32,000 nucleotides of DNA from an uncultured Acidobacteriota bacterium (GTDB lineage: Bacteria > Acidobacteriota > Terriglobia > Terriglobales > Acidobacteriaceae). The stretch spans positions 148,865 to 180,864 of the forward strand of contig CAWITE010000028.1 of the NCBI GenBank assembly GCA_963838905.1, written 5' to 3'. How positions within the stretch are numbered: the stretch's first letter is position 1; every line of letters starts with the position of its first letter. The notes below the pieces were generated by a model that was given only the letters and a program-made list of their open reading frames with translations, was not told where the DNA came from and ran no database searches. The position numbers and the translations under genes are program-made. Below, one piece after another: positions 16,961-26,734 of the stretch.

Positions 16961-19900
16961 ATGAGCGGCCAACAATCGATCGTAGGTGGCAACCGCACGA
17001 TTCAACACCTGATGCTTGTGAGCATTCTCCTATGGCTGCCCTGTCTTCTTTTGGCCCAAAGCTTTCGGGGCTCGATTCGTGGAAAGGTGGTGGATCCAAA
17101 CGGCAATGCCATCGTCGGTGCAAAACTGACCGCCAAGAACAGAGCGACTGGACAGATGCGCGACGCTGCGACCGGCGACGACGGCGCCTACGTACTGGCC
17201 GAGCTTCCCGCCGGAGAATATGCACTCACGGCGGAATACGGCGGATTGTCTCCGGTCGGTCAGAATGTCATCGTCAACGTTGGCTCGGATACGACCGCGA
17301 ACTTCGATTTAACCAGAGTGGAAAAGCATTTGGAACAGTTGACCGTCACGGGAGAAGCGCCAGTCATCGATACCACGCGCGACGTCCTGAGCGAGGTCGT
17401 GGACCAGAAATTAGTTGCCGAACTCCCCCTCAACGGCCGCGACTTCGGCAAGCTGGTTGCGCTGTCGCCCGGAGCCACAGTCGATCCTTCCGGCGTCGCT
17501 GGTACGCAAGGCGGTTTCGGACAATTCAATATCAACGGCAATCGTGACCGCTCCAACAACTACACTCTCGACGGCACCGACAACAACGATCCTTTCTTCA
17601 ATAACTCGGCGCTGAACCAAACGGGTATCGGAGGCGCGCCGGCTTCGCTCCTGCCGATTGATGCCATCCAGGAGTTCAACCTGCAGTCGCAGTTTGGAGC
17701 GGAATACGGCCGGAACAGCGGTTCCGTGGTGAACATCGTGACGAGGTCTGGCACCAACAAATTGCACGGTTCCGGCTTCGAATTCTTCCGCAATAGCGCA
17801 TTGGACGCTCGCAACTACTTCAATACCGAACCCCAGAAGTCCGAGTTCCAGAACAACAATTTCGGTGCTTCTTTGGGTGGCCCGATCGTGAAGGACAAAA
17901 CCTTTTTCTTCGGAGCTTACGAGGGCCAGCGCGAGCGAGTGGGTTCCGACTTTTTGCTGCTGGTTCCGACGCAGTCCCAGATTCAGCAAGCGCGCACGAT
18001 AGCGGGCGCAATCAATGGCACTCCAAGCAATCCCGTAATCAATCCCGGTCTTGATGCCATTCTCGCCTTCTATCCGAAGAGTGATACCAGCCAGATTCCT
18101 GGCGTGGTGCGCGACACGAACAACGGGAACAACTTCATTGCAAAGATTGACGAAAATCTCACCAACACAGAGCTGCTGACTGGCCGCTACGCCTTTAGCC
18201 AGAGCTACCAGGTTTTTCCGTTTGGCTCGCCCGGAGGTTTCGGCACAGGATCACGGCTGCCCCAGTTTGCGCAAACTTCGCCAACCCGGGTGCAGGTGGT
18301 TTCGGTCAGCCTGCTTTCCACCTTGAGCCCCTCGAAGATCAACGAAGTACGTTTCGGCTATAGCCGTTATCGGACGTCATTCAGTTCGCTCGATGCCAAC
18401 TTTGATCCCAACAGCATCGGGCTGAACTTCGGTACCGGCAAGCTCGGATTGCCCGAGTTTGACTTCACTAACATCGAGAATTTAGGCGCGACTGGGTTCA
18501 GCATTCCCCGAGGCCGGACCAGCCAGAGTTTTCAGATACTCGATAACTTCACCTGGCTGAAAGGCCGCCACACCTTCAAGTTCGGAGGAGAGTTCCGTCG
18601 CGCCGCCATCAGCAATTTCAACGACAATCTCGAGCGCGGCATTTTCCAGTTCACGGCCGGAGTCGGACTGAGTCCCGATCCCGTAGTCGACGCGTTGGCG
18701 GATTTCTACACCGGCGGCACGCAAGACACGAATTTTTGCTGCTCGTTCGTTTCCGTCGATGCAGGCAATACGCAACGTACGACCTACAACAACGGCTTCA
18801 GTTTCTTTGCGCAGGATGATTACCGTATGACTTCCACCCTCACCGTGAACTTCGGTCTGCGCTGGGAATATTTCGGACCGCTGAGCGAGCAGAACAACTT
18901 GCTCTCAAACCTCGGCCGCGACGGCAACCTGGCGTTGGTGGGGACCGACGGCCTCGACGGCTTGTACAATCGCGACCTGCACGACTTCGCCCCGCGCCTG
19001 GGATTCGCCTGGCAAGCCGCGAAGAACACCGTGGTCCGCGCCGGCTACGGGATTTACTATGACTACGTTCCTCAGGACCTGTTCATCGCGAACTTCACGA
19101 GCTCCGCTGGAGTCGTGACCAATCCCATCGGACCGAAAGCGGTCGTGCCTCTCTCCTTTGATCCAACTGCATTTAACGGCACCAATTCAACCCCGAATCC
19201 GCCGATCATGAATGGTGTGGCATCGCCGCCATACTCGATTTTCGTCACGCCGCGGAACTTCCGTTCTCCATACACGCAGAACTGGAATTTCAATGTCCAG
19301 CAGAAGCTCGCAGAGAATGCCTCGTTCGAAGCCCGCTACGTAGGCAGCAAGGGTAGCAGGTTGGTGCGCCTGACCGACTTGAACGAACCCAACGCCAATG
19401 GCGTCCGCCCCAATCCCAATTACGGCGCGATGGACGAGCTTACGCCCGAGAGTTCATCCAGTTACAATGCGCTGCAGGCAATCGGGCGTATCCAGCAGAA
19501 TCACGGTTTTTCGGGCTTCGCTGCTTATGTGTGGTCGAAGGCGATCGATGACGCATCGGATGGAATTGACTTCGTCCCAGGCGCGGCTTTTCCTCAAGAC
19601 CCAGGCAATCTCCCGGCAGAGCGCGGGCCCTCGCTCTTCGACACGCGGAATCGCTTTACGGCGGCGGTCAACTACGATGTGCCCGCCTGGAAAGCGGCTC
19701 GGGGGTTTGGCTCGGGCTGGCAGCTGAACACGATCATTACAGTTCAAAGCGGCCGTCCGATTCCGATCGCCAATTCGACGGACACGAGCGGCCGGTTTTA
19801 TTTCAATCAACGGCCCAATGTTGTGCCTGGTGTAAATTCAATTTTGCCGCATTGGAATCCGAGCACCGGCTATCTGAACCCACTGGCGTTCGTGCAGCCG

Positions 19901-20278
19901 GCTTTCGGCACCTTCGGTGATCTCGGTCGGGACTCGATCTTTGGCCCCGGACTTAGCAACGTGGATTTCTCCATCACGAAGAACACACGGCTGACGGAAC
20001 GACTGAACCTGCAATTGCGCGCAGAGTTCTTCAATATTTTCAACCATCCGAATTTTGCCCTGCCGGCGCACACCATTATTCCGGGATATGTGGACAACGG
20101 CAGTCCGGGCAGTCCACAGGTTGTGCCGAATCCCGCCGCCCACGTGAACGGCGACATCACGCAACCGCTGCTACCCATGGGCCTGATCACGCAGACGCCC
20201 GATGTCGCACAAACAAACCCTGGCCTCGGCGGGGGTGGCCCACGTGTGGTTCAACTGGCCGCGAAGTTCACATTCTAG
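16961..20278 (+). CDS. TonB-dependent receptor with N-terminal carboxypeptidase-regulatory-like domain (Oar-like)
   Basis: 1105 aa; GSIRGKVVDPNGNAIVGAKLTAKNRATGQMRDAATGDDGAYVLAELPAGEY, LPLNGRDFGKLVALSPG, NINGNRDRSNNYTLDGTDNND, YGRNSGSVVNIVTRSGTNKLHGSGFEFFRNSALDARNYF. Confidence 0.93.
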   Translation: MSGQQSIVGGNRTIQHLMLVSILLWLPCLLLAQSFRGSIRGKVVDPNGNAIVGAKLTAKNRATGQMRDAATGDDGAYVLAELPAGEYALTAEYGGLSPVGQNVIVNVGSDTTANFDLTRVEKHLEQLTVTGEAPVIDTTRDVLSEVVDQKLVAELPLNGRDFGKLVALSPGATVDPSGVAGTQGGFGQFNINGNRDRSNNYTLDGTDNNDPFFNNSALNQTGIGGAPASLLPIDAIQEFNLQSQFGAEYGRNSGSVVNIVTRSGTNKLHGSGFEFFRNSALDARNYFNTEPQKSEFQNNNFGASLGGPIVKDKTFFFGAYEGQRERVGSDFLLLVPTQSQIQQARTIAGAINGTPSNPVINPGLDAILAFYPKSDTSQIPGVVRDTNNGNNFIAKIDENLTNTELLTGRYAFSQSYQVFPFGSPGGFGTGSRLPQFAQTSPTRVQVVSVSLLSTLSPSKINEVRFGYSRYRTSFSSLDANFDPNSIGLNFGTGKLGLPEFDFTNIENLGATGFSIPRGRTSQSFQILDNFTWLKGRHTFKFGGEFRRAAISNFNDNLERGIFQFTAGVGLSPDPVVDALADFYTGGTQDTNFCCSFVSVDAGNTQRTTYNNGFSFFAQDDYRMTSTLTVNFGLRWEYFGPLSEQNNLLSNLGRDGNLALVGTDGLDGLYNRDLHDFAPRLGFAWQAAKNTVVRAGYGIYYDYVPQDLFIANFTSSAGVVTNPIGPKAVVPLSFDPTAFNGTNSTPNPPIMNGVASPPYSIFVTPRNFRSPYTQNWNFNVQQKLAENASFEARYVGSKGSRLVRLTDLNEPNANGVRPNPNYGAMDELTPESSSSYNALQAIGRIQQNHGFSGFAAYVWSKAIDDASDGIDFVPGAAFPQDPGNLPAERGPSLFDTRNRFTAAVNYDVPAWKAARGFGSGWQLNTIITVQSGRPIPIANSTDTSGRFYFNQRPNVVPGVNSILPHWNPSTGYLNPLAFVQPAFGTFGDLGRDSIFGPGLSNVDFSITKNTRLTERLNLQLRAEFFNIFNHPNFALPAHTIIPGYVDNGSPGSPQVVPNPAAHVNGDITQPLLPMGLITQTPDVAQTNPGLGGGGPRVVQLAAKFTF

Positions 20279-20327
20279 GACGGATCGTGTGGCGCGGGCG
20301 CCCCCACCCGCGTCATGTTCGTGCCCG

Positions 20328-21165
20328 CTAGGTATTCACGTCTGCCACGATCTCCGGCAAGACCGCCCGCAGCAGCGCCACGAAGTCTCCCTTAACCCGC
20401 TCGCCAGTCGCGAGCACGTCTCCGTGGCTGAGCACGTCATCGGAAATCCCCGCCGCCATGTTGGTCACGCAGGAAATGGCCAGCACCTTGATTCCCATGT
20501 GCCGAGCGGCGATGACTTCAGGAATCGTCGACATGCCCACCAGATCCGCGCCCATCGTACGCAGGTATCGAATCTCCGCTGGAGTCTCGTAACTCGGGCC
20601 CAAGAGTCCCGCGTAGACACCTTGATATACCGTCTTGCCCAAGTGGACGCGCGGCTCGCAGCGCGATCTCGCGATACGGCTTCGAGTACGCCTGAGTCAT
20701 GTCGGGAAATCGCGGTCCGAAGCGATCGTCGTTAGGACCGGTCAGCGGATTTTGTCCCTGCAGATTGATGTGGTCTGTAATCACGACCAATGCACCCTGT
20801 TTGTATTCGAGATTGATGCCCCCGGCGGCGTTGGTCAGGATTACCGCACGGATGCCCATTCTCCCAAACGCGCGGATGGGAAATGCGACCTCGTTCGGAG
20901 AATAGCCTTCGTACAAGTGCACCCGTCCCTGCATAGCCGCCACGGCAATGGAGCCAACTTTCCCGATCACCATATGACCGGCATGGCCGATTGCAGTGGA
21001 ACGCGGGAAGTAAGGAATATTCGCGTAGGGGATTCGCGTTGCTTCAGAGAGCTCGTCGGCAAAGCCGCCTAGACCCGAGCCCAGAACCAGTCCGATGGAT
21101 GGAGAAAGTTGAGTCTGCAAAAGCAGAAAGTTCGCGGCAGATTCAGCGTTGGTGAAGTCGTCCAT
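20328..21165 (-). pseudogene. purine nucleoside phosphorylase, frameshifted (ORFs 20518..21165 and 20328..20642)
   Basis: N-part: IGLVLGSGLGGFADEL...MQGRVHLYEGYSPNEVAFPIR...LTNAAGGINLEYKQGALVVITDHINLQGQNPLTGPND...[20 protein letters not shown]-part in another frame: [65 protein letters not shown]. Confidence 0.85.
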
Positions 21166-21230
21166 AAGGGGCCAGCTCCTGGCTACATCTTGTCCACTGA
21201 AAACTGTGAAACATCAACTAACAACTGCTT

Positions 21231-22799
21231 CTAGAACTTCTTTTCGAATACAGCGAACTCCTCTTCAAGTTTCCACTGCATCTGGGCGCGTTCGCTGCCA
21301 TCCAGAAATTTCTGACACGCGGCAGATACTTTCCTCGAGCCGGCACGATCGTCCGTACACGCCGCGACCGGACGGAAGTCGGATGCCCACAGGCTGGAAC
21401 CTGCCAGAAAGCTATGCTCGAGGCTCATTCGCGCCATGCGCTTTAAGTCTTTGTAACCGAGGAAATCATAAGTGTGAACTGCACGCAGATACTCATGAAT
21501 CATATCGGAGCGCGATACTCCCTCGTCATCAGTGGCCAGGGCTACCGGCACGCCGTACCGCAGATAGATCGGCAGAGGATGGGCGTCGCCCTTTACGCCC
21601 AGGATTACATCATTGGAAGTCAGGCAGATTTCGACCAGAACATTCCTTCGTGCCATCTCGCGCACCAAATCGATCGGGTGATCCTCGTTCATCACGTCCA
21701 CGCCATGGCCGATGCGCTCTGCGTGTCCGCGCTCGACTGATTCGCGGATATGGAAGCGCAGGCCCTCCGGCGGCACCAGGCCCATGGCCAGCTCCCCGGC
21801 GTGCAGGCTGATGTGCACCTTGGGATAGACGCCGTGCAGGTAGTCAAGCATCTTCATGTGCAACTCGAAATCGTGCATGGGGACGTACCAATCTTCAGGC
21901 TGGACGAGGTTCAGGCCCACACAACGCGGATCCGTTTGCGCCAGTTCGAAGCCGAAAAGAATCTCTGCGAAGACCATCTCGCGAGGCAGCCCACGCAGCA
22001 CCTGATACAAGTAGCGAATCTTAACCGCGCATCCCGGGTTTGCTTCCACAGTCCCGCACTTGAGGACAGACCGCATTTTGCCCTCGTCTTCATCGAGCCG
22101 CTTGCTGGTAGTGGCGACGATCTCCTTGAGACCATCGGTCAGCAACTTCTCACGCATATGGGCGAAGTCATCGTCCCATCCCAGCTTCGCGCCGAGTTGC
22201 CCGGACTGAACTGAATCCGCGGTATACATCAACTCGAGATATTGAAGACGGTCTGCCGCCGCGCGCGATGCCGCCTCGGCAAGAGCGTCCCCGGTACGGT
22301 TATGAGTCGCCAACGAAAACTTGTCGAAGGTGGCGAAGAAATGATCGTGCCCCGATTCTTCCCCCGGTGCCCAATTACGCATCGACCAGGCGTCGACGAT
22401 CGAGTTGTAGAGAACATGGTCGCCGTATGCACAACGGATCGCCGGCTTGCTCGTGTACTTTGCGCAGGAATCGTCACACGGAGGGGCTATAAGAATCGAA
22501 GTCGTACGGTCCACGCACAGATTGTCGCTCGCGGCATAGTCGATCAGATTCTCCGCGTACAGCGCGCCGCTCAAATGGATATGCAGATCGCCACCTTTGG
22601 GCATGTCGCGCAGGAACGCCAACTGAAGTGAAGGCTGCCGCCGGATGGACTCGAAATGGCGCGCAGTCCGCTGCTCAGCGCTTGGACCGGATTGCGCCGA
22701 CGCAGAACCGGCGAGCCACGCGATGATTAGAAGAACAGCCGACCGACCGACGGGCCCCACAGCGTCTCCCGTAACAAAGATCTTTCTGGAAACGGGCAT
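21231..22799 (-). CDS. exported adenosine deaminase (ADGF/Ada family)
   Basis: MPKGGDLHIHLSGALYAENLI, HISLHAGELA, RIGHGVDVM, VEICLTSNDVILGV, YGVPVALATDDEGVSRSDMIHEY. N-terminus SAVLLIIAWLAGSASAQSG is signal-like. Start at 22799 (or 22823). Confidence 0.9.
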   Translation of the reverse strand: MPVSRKIFVTGDAVGPVGRSAVLLIIAWLAGSASAQSGPSAEQRTARHFESIRRQPSLQLAFLRDMPKGGDLHIHLSGALYAENLIDYAASDNLCVDRTTSILIAPPCDDSCAKYTSKPAIRCAYGDHVLYNSIVDAWSMRNWAPGEESGHDHFFATFDKFSLATHNRTGDALAEAASRAAADRLQYLELMYTADSVQSGQLGAKLGWDDDFAHMREKLLTDGLKEIVATTSKRLDEDEGKMRSVLKCGTVEANPGCAVKIRYLYQVLRGLPREMVFAEILFGFELAQTDPRCVGLNLVQPEDWYVPMHDFELHMKMLDYLHGVYPKVHISLHAGELAMGLVPPEGLRFHIRESVERGHAERIGHGVDVMNEDHPIDLVREMARRNVLVEICLTSNDVILGVKGDAHPLPIYLRYGVPVALATDDEGVSRSDMIHEYLRAVHTYDFLGYKDLKRMARMSLEHSFLAGSSLWASDFRPVAACTDDRAGSRKVSAACQKFLDGSERAQMQWKLEEEFAVFEKKF

Positions 22800-23285
22800 T
22801 TTACCCTGACGCAATGAAAACATGGAAACAACGCGACACTACATTCCACGTCAGTCGAGATCCCCCAAAAACACATCTCCGCGTACTCTGCGGCTGTTCT
22901 CAGCGGTCTCCGCGTTTTAGGATTTTGGTTTCGCCGGGACAGATCTTAAATCGCAGAGGTCGCGGAGAACAGCCGCAGAAGGCGCGGAGATGCCTCCAAA
23001 CTCCTTATGCAACAGGGTTTTGCCCGCGATTTTCACAAATACAATCAGTGTCCCTTGACAGGGCTAAACCGCGTCGGACAAGAAGATCCGCGAAAATTGC
23101 GCATTGGCGCACAGCACAAAGCTCTGTGACGGATGAACTGCACCAACTCTGCGGCACCGGCCTGTGAACCATCTGCACTCGATTGAAAATTCGGCAGATA
23201 CGTTTGCACATTTTTCATTGACTCTAAAAACGAAAAGAGTAAAACCATAATCGTTCTTTGACAACTTCTGAAGTTTTCCCGGTTG

Positions 23286-23575
23286 GTGCGGCGTCCGGGG
23301 CTCAAGCGAAGTCACCCTCTACATTGCAAAATGACTGAGGGAGGGTTAGCAAGGGTCTATAGCAAAGTGCTGGTCGAGGCGAACAAGAAGATCTGTCGAA
23401 GGCAGGATAGAGTCCTGAGGCGTTGGGGTGGTTTATCCGGTTGGCGGTAAGCCCGGAGCCCGAGCAAAGATCGCGAGTTGCCATCCGCAAGGACCGCAAC
23501 TCATGCAGGTCAGCGAGGGTCTAAAGCGAGCTACTGGCCGAGACGAATGATCCTAACACTACCTCGGGACTCTTA
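23286..23575 (+). ncRNA. candidate structured RNA, possibly the 5' part of a group II intron (remnant)
   Basis: No supported protein coding. Starts GTGCG. CAGGA-TAGAG-TCCTG hairpin 23403-23417. GAGTTGC(23475-23481)/GCAACTC(23496-23502) with inner TCC-GCAA-GGA capped by a GNRA tetraloop. Confidence 0.35.
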
Positions 23576-23674
23576 ATTTGTCTGCAGCAGTTGGTGGCCA
23601 GTGGTTAGCCTGGGCTGCAGCTCTCCCCAAGCAGATTGCGAACCGGTAGCAGAGGCTACCCACTGTCCACAGCC

Positions 23675-24367
23675 TTAAGGCCCCTGCTGTATTTGGAACC
23701 GTTCCTTTGGCACCAGCCGCGTCCGATAAATCGAGTTAGTCGCAGCCACTTCAGCGACCGCGTCCACGTTCAGTTCGTACGAGCCCCGCGGCAGGTTCTC
23801 TCCGAAAGGAATCTCAGTCCCCGCATCGCCCTTCTTCAACGGAAAACGCTGGTAGCCGATGGCCGTAGCCCGTCCAATCTCATTCACTGCCATCACGATT
23901 ACGGTCAAATCAAAATCCTGCTCGGTCTGGTTGGAAACGATAATTGAACCCTCCAGCCTTTGGCCGTTCACTTTGGGATAGCGCCCCCACTGCGCCATGA
24001 GCGGCGCTACGACTGTCAGAACCAGTTGTTGGTTGCGTTGAACAGCGGGCCGGCCGCTGTCCGTCACAGTCACGGTAAACCGGAATTCACCGGTTTCCAT
24101 TGGAGCGCCGCTCAGAATTCCATCTTGCCCAAGCACAATGCCGGCGGGCAGAGCACCCTCCGTGATTTCCCACCGCGAGGGAGTGATGCCCCCGCGTGCT
24201 TGCAAACGAGTTTCATAGTGCTGTCTGAGATAGGCCTTGGGTAAGCTCGTGGTTTGAATCACAAGAGGTTCGCCAGTCGCCGCACCTTGTTGCGCTCTAG
24301 CTACGCCGGCAAACACGCAGAAACAACAGAGTAAGAGAACGAGCATTCGTCGGTGTGCGAGCGGCAT
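23675..24367 (-). CDS. exported protein with putative Ig (He_PIG-like) domain
   Basis: From MPLAHRRMLVLLLCCFCVFAGVARA: RQHYETRLQARGGITPSRWEITEGALPAGIVLGQDGILSGAPMETGEFRFTVTVTD. Upstream part of the 23675..24967 ORF is probably spurious. Confidence 0.7.
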   Translation of the reverse strand: MPLAHRRMLVLLLCCFCVFAGVARAQQGAATGEPLVIQTTSLPKAYLRQHYETRLQARGGITPSRWEITEGALPAGIVLGQDGILSGAPMETGEFRFTVTVTDSGRPAVQRNQQLVLTVVAPLMAQWGRYPKVNGQRLEGSIIVSNQTEQDFDLTVIVMAVNEIGRATAIGYQRFPLKKGDAGTEIPFGENLPRGSYELNVDAVAEVAATNSIYRTRLVPKERFQIQQGP

Positions 24368-24466
24368 CTCAAGTCGGAAGGGCACAGAAGCGATTATAGC
24401 CTCGTGCCTCTCGACGCAGCCGCCACCCGCACGATAAGCTAGATGGTTTCCGAGGGGGCGGATTGC

Positions 24467-25024
24467 ATGCGCGATGCGGTCGCACGGCTGTGGCCGGAGA
24501 TTCAGTGGATTGAGAAACCTAAGCTGCGGGAGCAGGTCACCCAGACCTGGATCAAAGCACTGGAACGCAGCCCGCTGAAACCTGATGACCTGAATCGCAT
24601 TCCGTTCACACTGCTCGTGCTCAACTGCCCAATCACTTTTATGGAGCATAAGCGCTGCGTGGTCCACATCGCACGTCAGAGTGCCGAGTCCATGCACGAA
24701 TTCATGGGCCGCGCGCTGCCGATTAACATGGACGTCGTAATCGCGGGCGCCATTCTTGCTGACGTCGGCAAGCTGCTCGAATACGAACTCGGACCCGACG
24801 GCAAGAGTCGCCAAAGTGAGCGCGGCGAAGCCTTGCGGCATCCGTTCACGGGAGTCGCGCTGGCGCTCGAATGCGGTGTGCCCGACGAAGTTTGCCACGT
24901 TATCGCGGCTCATGCCGCCGAAGGTGATCTGGTGAAACGCACCACCGAAGCGTACATCGTGCACCACGCTGACTTCATGGCATTCTTGCCGTTTAAGAAT
25001 CCGAAGAACGTGAAGGTGAAATGA
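24467..25024 (+). CDS. HD domain-containing protein
   Basis: CVVHIARQSAESMHEFMG...VVIAGAILADVGKLLEY...LRHPFTGVALALECGVPDEVCHVIAAHAAEGD; HD phosphohydrolase pattern. Confidence 0.7.
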   Translation: MRDAVARLWPEIQWIEKPKLREQVTQTWIKALERSPLKPDDLNRIPFTLLVLNCPITFMEHKRCVVHIARQSAESMHEFMGRALPINMDVVIAGAILADVGKLLEYELGPDGKSRQSERGEALRHPFTGVALALECGVPDEVCHVIAAHAAEGDLVKRTTEAYIVHHADFMAFLPFKNPKNVKVK

Positions 25025-25051
25025 GTTATGGCTTAAACATTGTTCCTTACT

Positions 25052-25130
25052 CTTGTCATTCCGAGCGAAGCGAGGAATCTGCTGTTTTTTGCGCAGAATT
25101 CAGATCCCTCGCTTCGCTCGGGATGACAAG
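25052..25130. repeat. 30-bp inverted repeat (TTGTCATTCCGAGCGAAGCGAGGAATCTG family)
   Basis: CTTGTCATTCCGAGCGAAGCGAGGAATCTG (25052-25081) vs reverse complement of 25101-25130: 28/30 identical. Confidence 0.9.
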
Positions 25131-25162
25131 TCGATGGAAATGAAGCAACCCAAGGAGATTCC

Positions 25163-26617
25163 TTGTCTGCCGCTAAAGAAGCAGTCGCCACCAAAGAGAC
25201 CATTACCGCGAAGATGTCGCGCTGGGCAGCGACTCTCGAATACAAGCATGTCTCGCAGGATGCCGTGTATCAAGCCAAACGCTTCCTGCTGGATTCCATC
25301 GGCTGCGCCCTCGGCGGCTACCAACAACACGATGTAAAGATTGCACTCGAAGTACTCGATGAGATCGCGGGCAAAGGTGCGGCTACGGTAATTGGCACCG
25401 GCAAGCGCATCGATCCCGTCTCGGCCTCGCTCGCCAACGCCCTCATGATCCGCTGCATGGATTACAACGACATTTACTGGAAGCAGGATCCATCGCATCC
25501 TTCCGACATTTTTCCTGCGGCATTCGCGTGCTGCGAGCGCACCAAGAGCAACGGAAAGGAATTGATCGTCGGCCTGGTGCTGGGGCACGAATTTGAAATG
25601 CGTTTCTGCGAAGCCGCGTTCCCCGGAATCCGCGAGCGCGGCTGGCATCACGCAACCTTAACCGCCTTCGTCTCACCCTTCGTCGCCGGACGCGCTCTGC
25701 ATCTCCCGTGGGAACAGATTCAACATGCCGTAGGCATCTCGGCGAGCCGCCACGTCACGCTGGGAGCGGTAACTGCCGGCAAGCTCACCATGATGAAGAA
25801 CACGGTCGACCCAATGGCAATCCAGAGCGGCGTGCTCGCCGCGCTCATGGCGGAGAAGGGCTACACCGGACCCGAGCACGTAGTCGATGGAAAAGAAGGA
25901 TTGACGCACGTCTTTGGGCCGGAGTGGAAGCTGAATATTTTAACTGACGGACTCGGCGATTCGTGGCGCATCACGCAGTGCGGCATGAAGGCGTTTCCAA
26001 CCGAAGCGCTGACCCATACGCCAATTTCTGCGGTGCTCGACATCGTGAAATCGAATGACTTGAAACCGGATGAGGTGACCAAGATTCAGATCCGATCGCT
26101 GGCTCGCGCCGCCGACATTCTTTCCGATCCCAGCAAATATGATCCTCGGAGCAAAGAGACGGCCGATCATTCTCTGCCTTACGTAATCGCAGCGGCGCTG
26201 GCGGAGCGGAAGGTGACGCCGGTGCAGTTCACCATGGAAAAGATCATGGACCCGACTATTCGTGCCCAACTGCAGAAAGTCGAAGTCGTGGCCGATCCGG
26301 AAATCGAGAAAGTGTTTCCCGCAATGCAGCGGGTGATCGTAAACATCACGACCACCGACGGTCGCATGTTCACCAAGCAACTCGACTATCCCAAGGGCGA
26401 CCCGCGCAACCCACTTACCGATCAGGAAGTCGAAGAAAAATTCGCGGCACTGGCCGAAAGCGTATTGTCGCAGCGCGCCCAGCAAAAGCTGAAAGACGCC
26501 ATCTGGAACCTGGAGAGCATCGGCTCAGTAAGCAAGCTGATGGCGCTGATGAAAGCAGACGTGCGAGCGAAAAAGCTTGCCCCGCGCAAGCCGACGAGCA
26601 AGAAAAAGCGATTGTAG
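25163..26617 (+). CDS. MmgE/PrpD family protein (2-methylcitrate dehydratase-like)
   Basis: AKRFLLDSIGCALGG, NALMIRCMDYNDIYW, HPSDIFPAAFACCE, KAFPTEALTHTPISAVLD, DHSLPYVIAAAL. Confidence 0.9.
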   Translation: MSAAKEAVATKETITAKMSRWAATLEYKHVSQDAVYQAKRFLLDSIGCALGGYQQHDVKIALEVLDEIAGKGAATVIGTGKRIDPVSASLANALMIRCMDYNDIYWKQDPSHPSDIFPAAFACCERTKSNGKELIVGLVLGHEFEMRFCEAAFPGIRERGWHHATLTAFVSPFVAGRALHLPWEQIQHAVGISASRHVTLGAVTAGKLTMMKNTVDPMAIQSGVLAALMAEKGYTGPEHVVDGKEGLTHVFGPEWKLNILTDGLGDSWRITQCGMKAFPTEALTHTPISAVLDIVKSNDLKPDEVTKIQIRSLARAADILSDPSKYDPRSKETADHSLPYVIAAALAERKVTPVQFTMEKIMDPTIRAQLQKVEVVADPEIEKVFPAMQRVIVNITTTDGRMFTKQLDYPKGDPRNPLTDQEVEEKFAALAESVLSQRAQQKLKDAIWNLESIGSVSKLMALMKADVRAKKLAPRKPTSKKKRL

Positions 26618-26619
26618 AA

Positions 26620-26635
26620 ACGTTACTTGCAACGT
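26620..26635. terminator. ACGTTAC-TT-GCAACGT hairpin just after the PrpD-family stop
   Basis: Same motif as 28699-28714; one arm mismatch; shared flank TGTAGAA. Confidence 0.4.
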
Positions 26636-26643
26636 TTGTTAAG

Positions 26644-26673
26644 TTTGTCATTCCGAGCGAAGCGAGGAATCTG
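26644..26673. repeat. single copy of the TTGTCATTCCGAGCGAAGCGAGGAATCTG family
   Basis: Matches the 25052-25081 arm almost exactly. Confidence 0.8.
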
Positions 26674-26734
26674 CATTTTGTTAATGGATGACGGGCCTCT
26701 CGCCCGGCCTCCACAGAAAAGCCGGGAGTAATTC

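Noticed and set aside
24368-24967. N-terminal 200 aa of the 23675..24967 minus ORF
   Set aside because: Antisense to the HD-domain gene; the signal-peptide-like start at 24367 better defines the real gene.
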